DNA of 64,000 nucleotides from Helicobacter cetorum. GTDB taxonomy: Bacteria; Campylobacterota; Campylobacteria; Campylobacterales; UBA6016. A model generated the notes under the pieces. The model was not told where the DNA came from. It saw only the letters and a list, made by a program, of their open reading frames with translations, and searched no databases. A program made the position numbers and the translations under genes. Of this stretch, positions 54,976-63,563 are shown one piece after another; within the stretch, counting starts at the first letter, position 1; every line of letters starts with the position of its first letter. Location of the stretch: assembly GCA_022729705.1 (NCBI GenBank), contig DZAX01000011.1, forward strand, positions 1,063 to 65,062, given 5' to 3'.

Positions 54976-56973
54976 CTAAATAAAATTGCCGCTAGAATAG
55001 TTCACTTTGCCGAAGCCGGAGGATAATATCTCTTCCATGCCGACAAATTTCTTACAAGAGGCGTCTTCTAAGCTCTTTTTGGACGACTCCTCCACCTTTT
55101 TGGCAACGCTACCGCATTCGTTTACAAACCTAGCGTTATCCTCAATCATCCTATCAAATCTAGACAAAGAGTCGCTAATTTGGGTTATGCCGTATAACTG
55201 CTCTTGATTTGCAGAGGCCACATCTTGTACAAGCTCCGTCGTCTCGTTTATCTTTGAGCTAATTTTACCAAAACTCTCCAATAGGGCACCTATAATTTGC
55301 TTGCCCTCTTTTGCCCTTTCTTGCGCTCTATGGGCGGTGTCTTGTATCCGCTTTGCCGCTTCCGCACTTTTTGTGGCTAGACTTCTAACCTCTTGCGCCA
55401 CCACCGCAAACCCTTTTCCGGCCTCTCCAGCAGTCGCCGCTTCAACGGCGGCGTTGAGAGAGAGGATATTTGTTTGAAAAGCTATGTTGTGTATGATAGA
55501 AATTGCATCGTTAATTTCGTCGGTTGCCGCAACTATACCCTCCATCGAAGTCGAACTATCCCCGACCAAAGAAGTTCCCTGTATCGCACTCATTTTAGTC
55601 TCTTCAGCCAATTTTGCCATTATTTTGGATTTGTAAGTATTACTTTGGAGATTGCTCAAAACCTCTTCCATAGCCGAGCTGGTCTCCTCTATACTTGCCG
55701 CATAATCGTCGGCGCTATTGCCTAGAGAATTTAAATATTCGCTCAAAATAGTCGAATCGAGTTTAAGCTCTATTCCAAGCCTCAAAGAGTTCTTAAGAGC
55801 CTCGTTAATAGCAAAGCCTAGGTGGTTAACTCCAAAAGTAAGCCTGTCAAATACTCCGCCTATTTCATCGTCGCTCCTGAGAGATAGGGTTTTTGTGTAG
55901 TCAAAATTAGAGTATGTATCTAAAACGTCTTCTATCTCTTTAAATCTACTTTTCGCACTATTAAGCATATTGTTAACGTCGTTTTTTAACTCTTCTAACG
56001 CAACATTTGGGGTAGTTTTTTCTATACTATGCTCGTAGTGTCCGCAATTTGCCATATTAATAACCGCTTTTGCGTCTTCAATAACTTCATTATCCATCAA
56101 AATAAAGTTTTCTACCTTTACTATTTGCCCATTCACAATACTTGCCATCTGCCCAAACTCGTCTCTACCCTCTATATTGATAGGCTCCACTCTTTTAATC
56201 TCTCCGTTTAAAAACATAAAAAAGCTATTTAAACCAGTTTGGAATAGTTTTAACTTACGATTTACGTCCCTTGTAATCAAATAGGTAAAAAAAGCCGCTA
56301 TACCAAAAATAATAGCTATAAAAATGGCTATTTTTTCTAAATTCTTAGCAAATTGACTTTCTACGTCGTCTATATAGATTCCGCTACCAAAAACCCAACC
56401 CCACGGCTCAAATTTTTTGACAAAACTAAGCTTTTGGTATAGCTCTACAGAGGTTTTACCGCCCTCTAACGGCTTAGGCCACTTATAGCCCACATATCCG
56501 GCTCCATACTCGTTTGTCGCCTCTATAAAAGCAATAAAAAGATTTTTTTTACCATCCGTTTTGGTTATATTTGAGTTAAAGCCAAATTGTAAAAAATCGG
56601 CGCAGTTAAATTTCTCGTCATCCATTTCCTTTCCGTCTAACGCCGGAACTGTTGGATGCATAATCATTTTAGGAAACGGGCTAGAGGAGTCGTTAATCCA
56701 TATATACTCTTTTTGATTATATCTAACATCCTTAATGACGTTCTTAACGTTTTCTTTGGCTTGCGCTTCGGAAATTTCTCCGCGTTGAAATCTTTTATAA
56801 TTATAGTCCGCAATATGGTATGATATTTCTACGATATTTTTTAATTTCTCTTTTTTTTCGTTCAATGTGTTATTTTTTTGCTGAAGCGTTAGCCAAAAAA
56901 CGATCGCAATGGTGCACGTCAAGGAAATAACGACTAGCAATAGCATTTTATATTTTAAGGTCATGTGTTTCAT
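54976..56973 (-). CDS. methyl-accepting chemotaxis protein with a periplasmic Cache-type sensor
   Basis: 665 aa. TM1, sCache-like segment ([26 protein letters not shown]), TM2, and the MCP tip [34 protein letters not shown]. Confidence 0.9.
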   Translation of the reverse strand: MKHMTLKYKMLLLVVISLTCTIAIVFWLTLQQKNNTLNEKKEKLKNIVEISYHIADYNYKRFQRGEISEAQAKENVKNVIKDVRYNQKEYIWINDSSSPFPKMIMHPTVPALDGKEMDDEKFNCADFLQFGFNSNITKTDGKKNLFIAFIEATNEYGAGYVGYKWPKPLEGGKTSVELYQKLSFVKKFEPWGWVFGSGIYIDDVESQFAKNLEKIAIFIAIIFGIAAFFTYLITRDVNRKLKLFQTGLNSFFMFLNGEIKRVEPINIEGRDEFGQMASIVNGQIVKVENFILMDNEVIEDAKAVINMANCGHYEHSIEKTTPNVALEELKNDVNNMLNSAKSRFKEIEDVLDTYSNFDYTKTLSLRSDDEIGGVFDRLTFGVNHLGFAINEALKNSLRLGIELKLDSTILSEYLNSLGNSADDYAASIEETSSAMEEVLSNLQSNTYKSKIMAKLAEETKMSAIQGTSLVGDSSTSMEGIVAATDEINDAISIIHNIAFQTNILSLNAAVEAATAGEAGKGFAVVAQEVRSLATKSAEAAKRIQDTAHRAQERAKEGKQIIGALLESFGKISSKINETTELVQDVASANQEQLYGITQISDSLSRFDRMIEDNARFVNECGSVAKKVEESSKKSLEDASCKKFVGMEEILSSGFGKVNYSSGNFI

Positions 56974-57099
56974 ATTGTTTTCCTTATATTCAAACGGGTA
57001 TCGTAACTGATTATTTTGTGTCTAGCTTTATTGAAAATAGAGCCTATCAAAGACAATCTTAAAGAAAATTATCCGTAAATTACAAATTTGTAACAAACA

Positions 57100-57117
57100 G
57101 AGGGGGCACCCCCCCTA
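57100..57117 (-). terminator. G/C hairpin with T-rich tail (putative terminator)
   Basis: The minus strand reads TAGGGGGGGTGCCCCCTCTGTTTGTT: a GGGGG/CCCCC stem, a short loop, then a T-rich tail. Confidence 0.4.
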
Positions 57118-57389
57118 AAAACTATGTTTTCTCATAGTGCGTTTAATAGCAAAGCCAATGATTATAGGCTTTGTATAATTTTAAAAAGTGAAAATGAGAG
57201 TTTTTAGAGGTACCCACAAGAGACTCTTTGTTAAAAACACCTAGCCATGACTTGCTCTTCCGGTTGTTTTTAGTATTTTTAAAGCAACCGGGGTTCCTGT
57301 TTTGTTGGCTTAACTTAATGGCAGTGACTCGGAGAGTGGGAACTAGGGGATGACGAAGTGGCGCAAAATAACACCTGATGCCATTTCTT

Positions 57390-57791
57390 TTAATCCATAT
57401 TTACAACGCTAAATTGAAGTATTTTGGGATTATCATCTTCAAGACAGTAGCCCGTACCGCTTTTTGTCTCCTCCATCAGTTGCATAATGCATGTTAAGGT
57501 TCTGTTTTCTTTTGATACTAGGTACCCTTTTGCATTGCCGCTTATATGCCTAATCATCGGATGAAGCTCAAATCTTTGATTTACGTCAAAAACAAGATTG
57601 CCGTAATAAGAGGCACCCTTAAGATACAAAGACAAAGAGCCGTTTTTGTTTTGTATAGCGTTCATATCAGGCTTTTGTGCTTGAGAGTCTACGCTTGAAT
57701 GTGTTTGATATTTTGAAGCGCATCCTGAAAATAGTGCCAAACAAACAAGAAGCAATGCCGTATTTTTAACTATCATTTTATTTTTCCTCAA
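57390..57791 (-). CDS. lipoprotein, function unknown (gene 5 of the exported-protein operon)
   Basis: 133 aa. Signal peptide with lipobox LFSGC. Overlaps the upstream gene by 14 nt. Confidence 0.7.
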   Translation of the reverse strand: MRKNKMIVKNTALLLVCLALFSGCASKYQTHSSVDSQAQKPDMNAIQNKNGSLSLYLKGASYYGNLVFDVNQRFELHPMIRHISGNAKGYLVSKENRTLTCIMQLMEETKSGTGYCLEDDNPKILQFSVVNMD

Positions 57792-58005
57792 ATAATTTTT
57801 TCATCTCTTGGTCTTGCTTTTCAAAAAATTTATCCAACTTTTTATCTAGCTCTTCATACTCTTTGTTTGCAATCTGAGGCTCTTTTTTTTGGTCTGCGCT
57901 TTTATCAATGTTTAATTTGATTAGGTATCCCGTAGCCCCTAGATTTAGCAAACATAAAAAAGTAATAACTATCATAAAAGTCGATGTTTGTTTTTGTGCG
58001 TCCAT
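57778..58005 (-). CDS. small single-TM coiled-coil protein (gene 4)
   Basis: 75 aa. TM FMIVITFLCLLNLGATGYLI, then a charged helical tail. Confidence 0.55.
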   Translation of the reverse strand: MDAQKQTSTFMIVITFLCLLNLGATGYLIKLNIDKSADQKKEPQIANKEYEELDKKLDKFFEKQDQEMKKLFEEK

Positions 58006-58022
58006 TGTTTACCTTTCTGACT

Positions 58023-60053
58023 TTATGGAATATCAATAGCCGATACGGCTGATTCAAAGCTCATAATTACGTCTTTAAGGAGCTGTACCCTCAAAAATTC
58101 TCTTTCTTGACCAATCGGCATATCAAATGTTGGATTTGTTTCAAAAGATTTTTTTGATTTAAACACAGCGTCCTTTAGAGATTTATTCTTTATCTCTTGC
58201 GCCTCGTATACTCTAAAGCCCCCGGTAATATCGCAACTTAGCGCTTCAAAACCTTTTGTTTGCGACGGTTTTTTTGATTTAACCTCCAGCCAATGTACGG
58301 GCTGTAGACAATATTTCGTAGAAGGAGTCGTGACAATCGGCGTTTTGTCAAATTTTGTATCGTCGATATTTCTTTTTAGAGCCGCCGATAGACCATTGGC
58401 GTCATAAAGCGGGTATTTGAAAGACTTTTTAATCAAATATCTTGCAGTCTCGTCAAACCCGTTGATATTTATAGCATCCATTTTTGATGGTTTATCGCAT
58501 AATGAAAATAGTTTTGCATCAGATGGGGCGCTTGAGGCGATTACATCCTCGGCGACAATATCACCTCTTTCGACGCTTAGTTTTTGAGAGATTTTTAGAG
58601 AGTCTAACGTAGCTTTTACCATAGTATCTGATTTTTCGTTTATTACGGCTTCTTGGAGCGGAATAAGAATATTTTTTTTATCTCCAACTGAACCTATGTT
58701 TTTGTATATGGTTATAGTAGCTCCTGGCGCCAATAGGTTTTTATCGTCTTCAAACTCTATTTTTAATCCGTTTACGCTCTTAATTTTGTAAGCGACCTTA
58801 TCAAATGAAACTCCTTTTGAAAAAGACTCCGCCAATTTTAGCGTCGCATTTTTCATGACAGTTTCAAATCTAGCACTTTTTGACTGACCTTTACCGTGCG
58901 CTACAACGTCTACAATCTCCTCAAAAGCGCAATCGCTATGAAACACCCTGCCGCTAGCGTCGACAAGCTCCCCGCAAGCTCCGACATAATATGTTTTTTG
59001 CTTTGTATAATCGACATTTGTCGGGGCCGTATACCCAAAAGGACCGTCAAAGTAGAGTCTCAAAAAATAATCAGGCACAGATCGTTTCCCCTCCAAAACC
59101 CTAACTCCTGATTTTGAGATAATATCTCGCTTTGCGGCATAAAAATCTTTGCCGATTGATACCAGCGCAAAAGCACCGCTCTGAGCTATTTTGTCGGAGA
59201 ATATCTCATATAGCATTTGTTCAGGCGGCGTTTCCTGAATTTTTTTATCTATGTCAATATCAAGTAGTGTTACGCGAGGTTTTTTGATGCCGTCTAGCGT
59301 TCCGTTGTAAGTTTTTATGAGAGTATCGCCCTCTTTGGTTAGGTATTGTGGAAACTCATCTTGACCTATGGAGTAGCCGTTTGTCGAGTACAACACCTCC
59401 ACACTGCCGTTTTCTCTAGCTAGCGTATCGCCCTTAGCTATTCCGCCATCAAGTCCTTTGTCTAGTATGAGCAACCCGCCCTCAAGTCCGATGACTTTTG
59501 CAGATAGTTTTTGCGGCTTGAAGTTTTGGCTCGCCTCTTTTGCTAAATGCTCAAAAAGTCTTTGATAGCTTGCCGTATACCAATCCGCTAATTTTTTTGT
59601 TTTTTCGGCGCCGATAGCCGATAAATCGCCTTGCGTAATGTCTGTATACGAATGAGAGTACAAAATATCCCCATTTGCCATATTTAAAAAGTTTAAACTA
59701 GCGGTTACCGGAAGTGTGTAACTTTTTATAGACGAACCGCTCATTTGCTCTTCATAAACCGATGCTCTAGAAATTTTTAGATAGGCGGCAAATGTATTTT
59801 TTATATTTTTCTTGTCAATTTCGTTTTTTGCGTCAGGATAGTATTTTTTTAACGCTGCGTTGAAGGTGTTTAAGATATTTTGACTGTTTGCCCCTTTTGA
59901 CGCTACAAATATAGGGTTTTTCTCTGTGCTTTCTTCGGCTATGAGCATTTTTGGAACCCAAATAGAAAAAGAGTCGTTTCCAAACGCCGCCGAAGAGAAA
60001 AGTAAACTGGCAAGGGCGATGTAAAGTGCCCTATTTGTTCTACGCAAAATCAA
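58023..60053 (-). CDS. large secreted protein, function unknown (gene 3)
   Basis: 676 aa. Signal peptide ALYIALASLLFSSAAFG. I recognise no catalytic motif. 4-nt overlap with gene 2. Confidence 0.7.
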   Translation of the reverse strand: MILRRTNRALYIALASLLFSSAAFGNDSFSIWVPKMLIAEESTEKNPIFVASKGANSQNILNTFNAALKKYYPDAKNEIDKKNIKNTFAAYLKISRASVYEEQMSGSSIKSYTLPVTASLNFLNMANGDILYSHSYTDITQGDLSAIGAEKTKKLADWYTASYQRLFEHLAKEASQNFKPQKLSAKVIGLEGGLLILDKGLDGGIAKGDTLARENGSVEVLYSTNGYSIGQDEFPQYLTKEGDTLIKTYNGTLDGIKKPRVTLLDIDIDKKIQETPPEQMLYEIFSDKIAQSGAFALVSIGKDFYAAKRDIISKSGVRVLEGKRSVPDYFLRLYFDGPFGYTAPTNVDYTKQKTYYVGACGELVDASGRVFHSDCAFEEIVDVVAHGKGQSKSARFETVMKNATLKLAESFSKGVSFDKVAYKIKSVNGLKIEFEDDKNLLAPGATITIYKNIGSVGDKKNILIPLQEAVINEKSDTMVKATLDSLKISQKLSVERGDIVAEDVIASSAPSDAKLFSLCDKPSKMDAININGFDETARYLIKKSFKYPLYDANGLSAALKRNIDDTKFDKTPIVTTPSTKYCLQPVHWLEVKSKKPSQTKGFEALSCDITGGFRVYEAQEIKNKSLKDAVFKSKKSFETNPTFDMPIGQEREFLRVQLLKDVIMSFESAVSAIDIP

Positions 60054-61474
60054 TCAAACATCTCCTGTTTTGACTCCAAATCTTTATCTCTAGCATTTTT
60101 CTGAATTAAAGAGCCGATTTTGGCTCCTAATTCGGTAGCCGCTTGGACTCTTACGTTATTCATGCATCCCTCGACGCCTGCATCGCTAACTTTTAGAGTT
60201 TTCAGTGTTCCGCCCGGAAGTTCGATATTGCTCTTTAAAGGCGCTATACTTATCGTGCCGGTGTTCAATCCGCATCTAAAGTCACCGACATTGTCTTTTT
60301 CAGGGTTGTAGCCTATCTCTAAAGTTCCTATTCCGATATAGCTAGCTTCTGGTCTTTTGAGCCTCATGAATTTTTTGAAGTTATCGCCGTTGCTTCTCAG
60401 AGCCTCTGCGTATGAACTGTACCTCTTTTTTGTAGTTTTTTCAAAATCTGCGAGTAGTCCGGAGCCGTCTTCAAATTGAACGCCAAAACGACCAAGTGTT
60501 GCTTTAAGCTCGTTTTTCATAGCGTCGTTAAGGGTACTTTGAGGTTTTAATGCGGCTATATTCACGGTTCTTGCATAGTGAAACTCCTCTTTGTCTGTCA
60601 CATTGTTTTTGACATTTTTGGAAGAAGAGGAGTTTTTGTTGGATGAGCTTGATGCTGAGGCTTGATAGTTTTTACTTTGAGCCATTTTTGCTTCACTACT
60701 ATTTGCGTAGCTTGCCGACTGCCTTGCAGAGCCTCTCTGGCTTGCCGCAACCGCCGCATCGTCTCTTCCGTATACCGAAACGCCGTTTTCTGATATTGCC
60801 GCCCGTGACGACGCGCTACCCACATATTTAGCGTCGTATGACGCCGCCGCGTTAGCCTTGCCGGACGCCGAGTTTTTTGCGCTAAAAGAAGCGGACGCTT
60901 TATCGCTTACTCTCATATTGGATGTGCTTGCCGAGGCTGAATTTCTTGAAGAGTTTTCTTTGTAGTTACTACTATTATCTCGTTTGTAGTCTATTCTCTC
61001 ATCCATCGGTACTTGTGAAGCACTAGCTTGGTCTATTTTGACAGCTTCGTCTATAAAGACAATGACGCTTCCCAAGTTTTTTGTTTTATTTGACAATGCG
61101 CCAAGTCTCACATCTCTTAATGCATCAACAAAAGCGGCATCGTCAATTTCCAAAGTAACTTTGACCGCATACGTCGCCGAATCAGACCTATCTCTCTCTA
61201 TCTTAGGCGAACTTTTTAAAAAAGTGTCTTGTTGTTGTGTTAGCTGTAAAATTCCAGGATGATCGGCGGGAACCTTCAAACTTCCTAGTGTCTTTTTTAC
61301 GGCTTGTAAGACCGCATCCGCTAGAGCTTTTTTCTCGGCGATATTTTTTACGCTTTGAGGGTCGCTAGAGGCTATCGGGACGGAGCCTATACCTACTGCG
61401 GTAAATGCGAAAGCGTTTTGTGAACAAATTAGCGTCGCATATATTGCGGCAATGCTTAGCAAGCTTTTTTTCAT
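60050..61474 (-). CDS. secreted protein with an LPP20/FlgT-N-like N-terminal region and a Ser/Ala/Asn-rich disordered centre (gene 2)
   Basis: 474 aa. Signal peptide ending NAFA. The N-terminal AVGIGSVPIASSDPQSVKNIAEKKALADAVLQAV resembles LPP20/FlgT_N-type domains. About 130 aa are low complexity (SASASTSN...SASSSSNKNSSSSKN). Confidence 0.65.
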   Translation of the reverse strand: MKKSLLSIAAIYATLICSQNAFAFTAVGIGSVPIASSDPQSVKNIAEKKALADAVLQAVKKTLGSLKVPADHPGILQLTQQQDTFLKSSPKIERDRSDSATYAVKVTLEIDDAAFVDALRDVRLGALSNKTKNLGSVIVFIDEAVKIDQASASQVPMDERIDYKRDNSSNYKENSSRNSASASTSNMRVSDKASASFSAKNSASGKANAAASYDAKYVGSASSRAAISENGVSVYGRDDAAVAASQRGSARQSASYANSSEAKMAQSKNYQASASSSSNKNSSSSKNVKNNVTDKEEFHYARTVNIAALKPQSTLNDAMKNELKATLGRFGVQFEDGSGLLADFEKTTKKRYSSYAEALRSNGDNFKKFMRLKRPEASYIGIGTLEIGYNPEKDNVGDFRCGLNTGTISIAPLKSNIELPGGTLKTLKVSDAGVEGCMNNVRVQAATELGAKIGSLIQKNARDKDLESKQEMFD

Positions 61475-61479
61475 CTTTA

Positions 61480-62156
61480 TTATTTACCACTTTCTTTCGG
61501 GGCTTGCTTGCTATCTGTTGGTGCGACAAACTTTATTCCGTTTGCACTCGCAAGCCCATAAAGTTTGTCGCCTATGTTTGCTATGGTGATTATGTTATCG
61601 GGAAGAGTGACTACCATATCTTTGAGTTGACCCAATTGAGAAGAGTATTTTGTCGCCGCCATGGGATTTGCAGAGAGAGAAGCCATCATGCTTTTTGCAC
61701 TCGACAAGGTATCTTTGTATTTTAAACCCGAGAGCATAAAGTTAAATCCTCCGCTTAATAGAAGATTTGTTGTTTTTTGATTAGCCTTTGCAAACTTATC
61801 TTTGGTTTCTTGCGATTCTAAAGCGGCGCTTATCGCCGTTTCCTTATCACTTTGCACTTTATTTATCGCCGCTTCTTTTTCCTGTGGGTCGGATATTGTC
61901 TTTGCCGCCTTTAGAGCCGATTCAAATTTAGCGGCTTCTTCTTTTGACAATAAGGCTTTGGCTAGAGTGTCTGATGATTTTTGGAGTAGCGTTTTTGCGA
62001 TTACGTAGTTTTTGATTGTGGCGTCTAAAGCGTTTACACTAACCTCTTGTGTACCCCCCCCGTTGCAGTTGTCGCAGCCGAAGTTATAGAATCAAACATT
62101 CCCGCATTAGCTCCGCTAATCGCCAAGAAGCTTACCAAAACAATTTTTTTAAACAT
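61480..62156 (-). pseudogene. phase-variable (currently frameshifted) secreted helical protein (gene 1)
   Basis: ATG at comp(62154..62156) with an AAGGGGA RBS encodes MFKKIVLVSFLAISGANA..., a signal peptide. The G8 tract (C8 on +, 62054..62061) shifts the frame to a TAA at comp(62034..62036). One extra G fuses it in frame to ORF 61480..61950. Confidence 0.75.
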
Positions 62157-62261
62157 ACTTTCCCCTTATGATTTTTTCACAGTTCTAAAGAACCAGATAC
62201 TTATAATTTACAGAATAGCCGCTTAATAAAAACTTAAAAATAAGTATCCTGCAAAACGCCC

Positions 62262-62486
62262 TTATTGGGGCGGGAAATAATTATGACGCTGTTGATTATT
62301 GTCAAGCTTCACCACATTTGGAGACTCTTTTTGGCACAAAATATTACCAACTTTGTCGGTTAGCACCGTGTAATCCTCAGCTTTAGCAAAGTTTTCGATA
62401 AAATCCATCATCGCATTTGCATCGCCGGAACATCTTGGAATGTCTTTTGCTATTTTTTCAAAGATTTTCATAACTGATTTCATCAA
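62262..62486 (-). pseudogene. pepD: 5' fragment of an aminoacyl-histidine dipeptidase (PepD-like) gene
   Basis: 74 aa. IFEKIAKDIPRCSGDANAMMDFIENFAKAEDYTVLTDKVGNILCQK matches the first ~55 residues of PepD-family peptidases (which are ~480 aa), then diverges and stops. Confidence 0.5.
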
Positions 62487-62507
62487 AAAACTCCAAAGGC
62501 TTAAGTT

Positions 62508-62678
62508 TTGTTTAGATTATTTTTACTAATTGTTCCTTTGTTTTTTGCCGGTTGCTACTCAAAGTGCGGCGTAACAAGCGAATACTATTGCGAATGCAAA
62601 GAGTACTACGATATCGAGGGTGTATATCACAAAGATTGTCCAAGCGGCATTTTTGATTTTGGCGCAAAGAAAAAATAA
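62508..62678 (+). CDS. small Cys-rich lipoprotein (not in the ORF track)
   Basis: TTG start with AAAGG 8 nt upstream. Encodes MFRLFLLIVPLFFAGC (lipobox) plus YSKCGVTSEYYCECKEYYDIEGVYHKDCPSGIFDFGAKKK. Its stop is 4 nt before the cmoB start. Confidence 0.4.
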   Translation: MFRLFLLIVPLFFAGCYSKCGVTSEYYCECKEYYDIEGVYHKDCPSGIFDFGAKKK

Positions 62679-62681
62679 GAG

Positions 62682-63560
62682 TTGGATAAGAAATTACAGA
62701 CAAAGGACATAAAACCGCTTTATGAGCGTCTTTTGGCGATGGAGCCTATAGCTTCAAAAGTGACGTATGGCGACTTTATAGAGATAGAGACCGGACGCTC
62801 TTTTGCAAAGGACGGCGAAATATACGAGCTTGCAAAAGCTCTCTCTCCATGGCGCAAAGGACCTTTTAGGATAGATGAGTTTGAGATACAAAGCGAGTGG
62901 AATAGCTATGTGAAGTTTGATATTTTGGCGCCGCATATTGATATTGAGGGTAAGACGGTTGTTGATATAGGCGCAAACAACGGCTACTACTCGTTTCGTA
63001 TGGAGTCTTATAATCCAAAACAGATAATTGCGATAGACCCGTGGGCTATTTTTTATCTACAGTTTTTGTTTATAAATAAGTTTATCGACTCAAAAAAAAT
63101 AGATTTTCGACTTATCGGTATGGAAGATATGGCGGATGAGAGGATAAAAGCGGATACGGTTTTTTGCCTTGGTGTCTTATATCATAGAAGCGACCCGATA
63201 GCCGCGCTAAAAGAGATAAAAGCGTGCCTAAACGACGGCGGAGAGCTGATAATAGACAATCTTGTAATCTTAAAAGAGGGGCATTACGCCCTTTGTCCGC
63301 CGACTAGCTATGCAAAAATGAGCAACGCCTACTTCATACCCTCTATCGATACTATGATGGGTTGGCTTGAGCGTGCCGGATTTGTAGATTGCGAGCTTAT
63401 AGGGGTCAAAAAAACGGAGTTTAGCGAGCAGCGAAAGACGGAGTGGATAGGTGGTTTGAGCTTGGATAGCTTTTTGGATCCAAACGACGATACAAAAACG
63501 ATAGAGGGTTTTGACGCTCCGGTCAGGGCTTATTTTAAATGTAAAAAAAGAGGGAAATAG
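62682..63560 (+). CDS. cmoB: tRNA U34 carboxymethyltransferase CmoB
   Basis: 292 aa. SPWRKGPF motif, EWNSYVKFD, and the SAM-MTase fold VVDIGANNGYY. Confidence 0.8.
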   Translation: MDKKLQTKDIKPLYERLLAMEPIASKVTYGDFIEIETGRSFAKDGEIYELAKALSPWRKGPFRIDEFEIQSEWNSYVKFDILAPHIDIEGKTVVDIGANNGYYSFRMESYNPKQIIAIDPWAIFYLQFLFINKFIDSKKIDFRLIGMEDMADERIKADTVFCLGVLYHRSDPIAALKEIKACLNDGGELIIDNLVILKEGHYALCPPTSYAKMSNAYFIPSIDTMMGWLERAGFVDCELIGVKKTEFSEQRKTEWIGGLSLDSFLDPNDDTKTIEGFDAPVRAYFKCKKRGK

Positions 63561-63563
63561 ATA

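Noticed and set aside
57102-57115. G5-CA-C7 tract as a second phase-variable homopolymer in the promoter region of the Cache MCP
   Set aside because: On the minus strand it forms a GGGGG/CCCCC hairpin followed by a T-rich tail. That is explained more simply as a terminator. It lies about 130 nt upstream of the MCP start, and length change would mainly alter the loop.
57301-57390. Possible riboswitch (weak TPP-like CGGAGAG...CACCTGATGCC with an AATGGCA/TGCCATT closing stem) or other ncRNA in the 416-bp spacer
   Set aside because: The match to the THI-box consensus is poor. No downstream + strand gene exists. I could not match SRP, 6S, tmRNA or RNase P consensus either. The pepD 3' remnant hypothesis explains the stretch more simply.
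62512-62703. 63-aa minus-strand ORF
   Set aside because: It has no RBS or recognisable features. The opposite strand encodes a small ORF with a canonical lipoprotein signal, coupled to cmoB.
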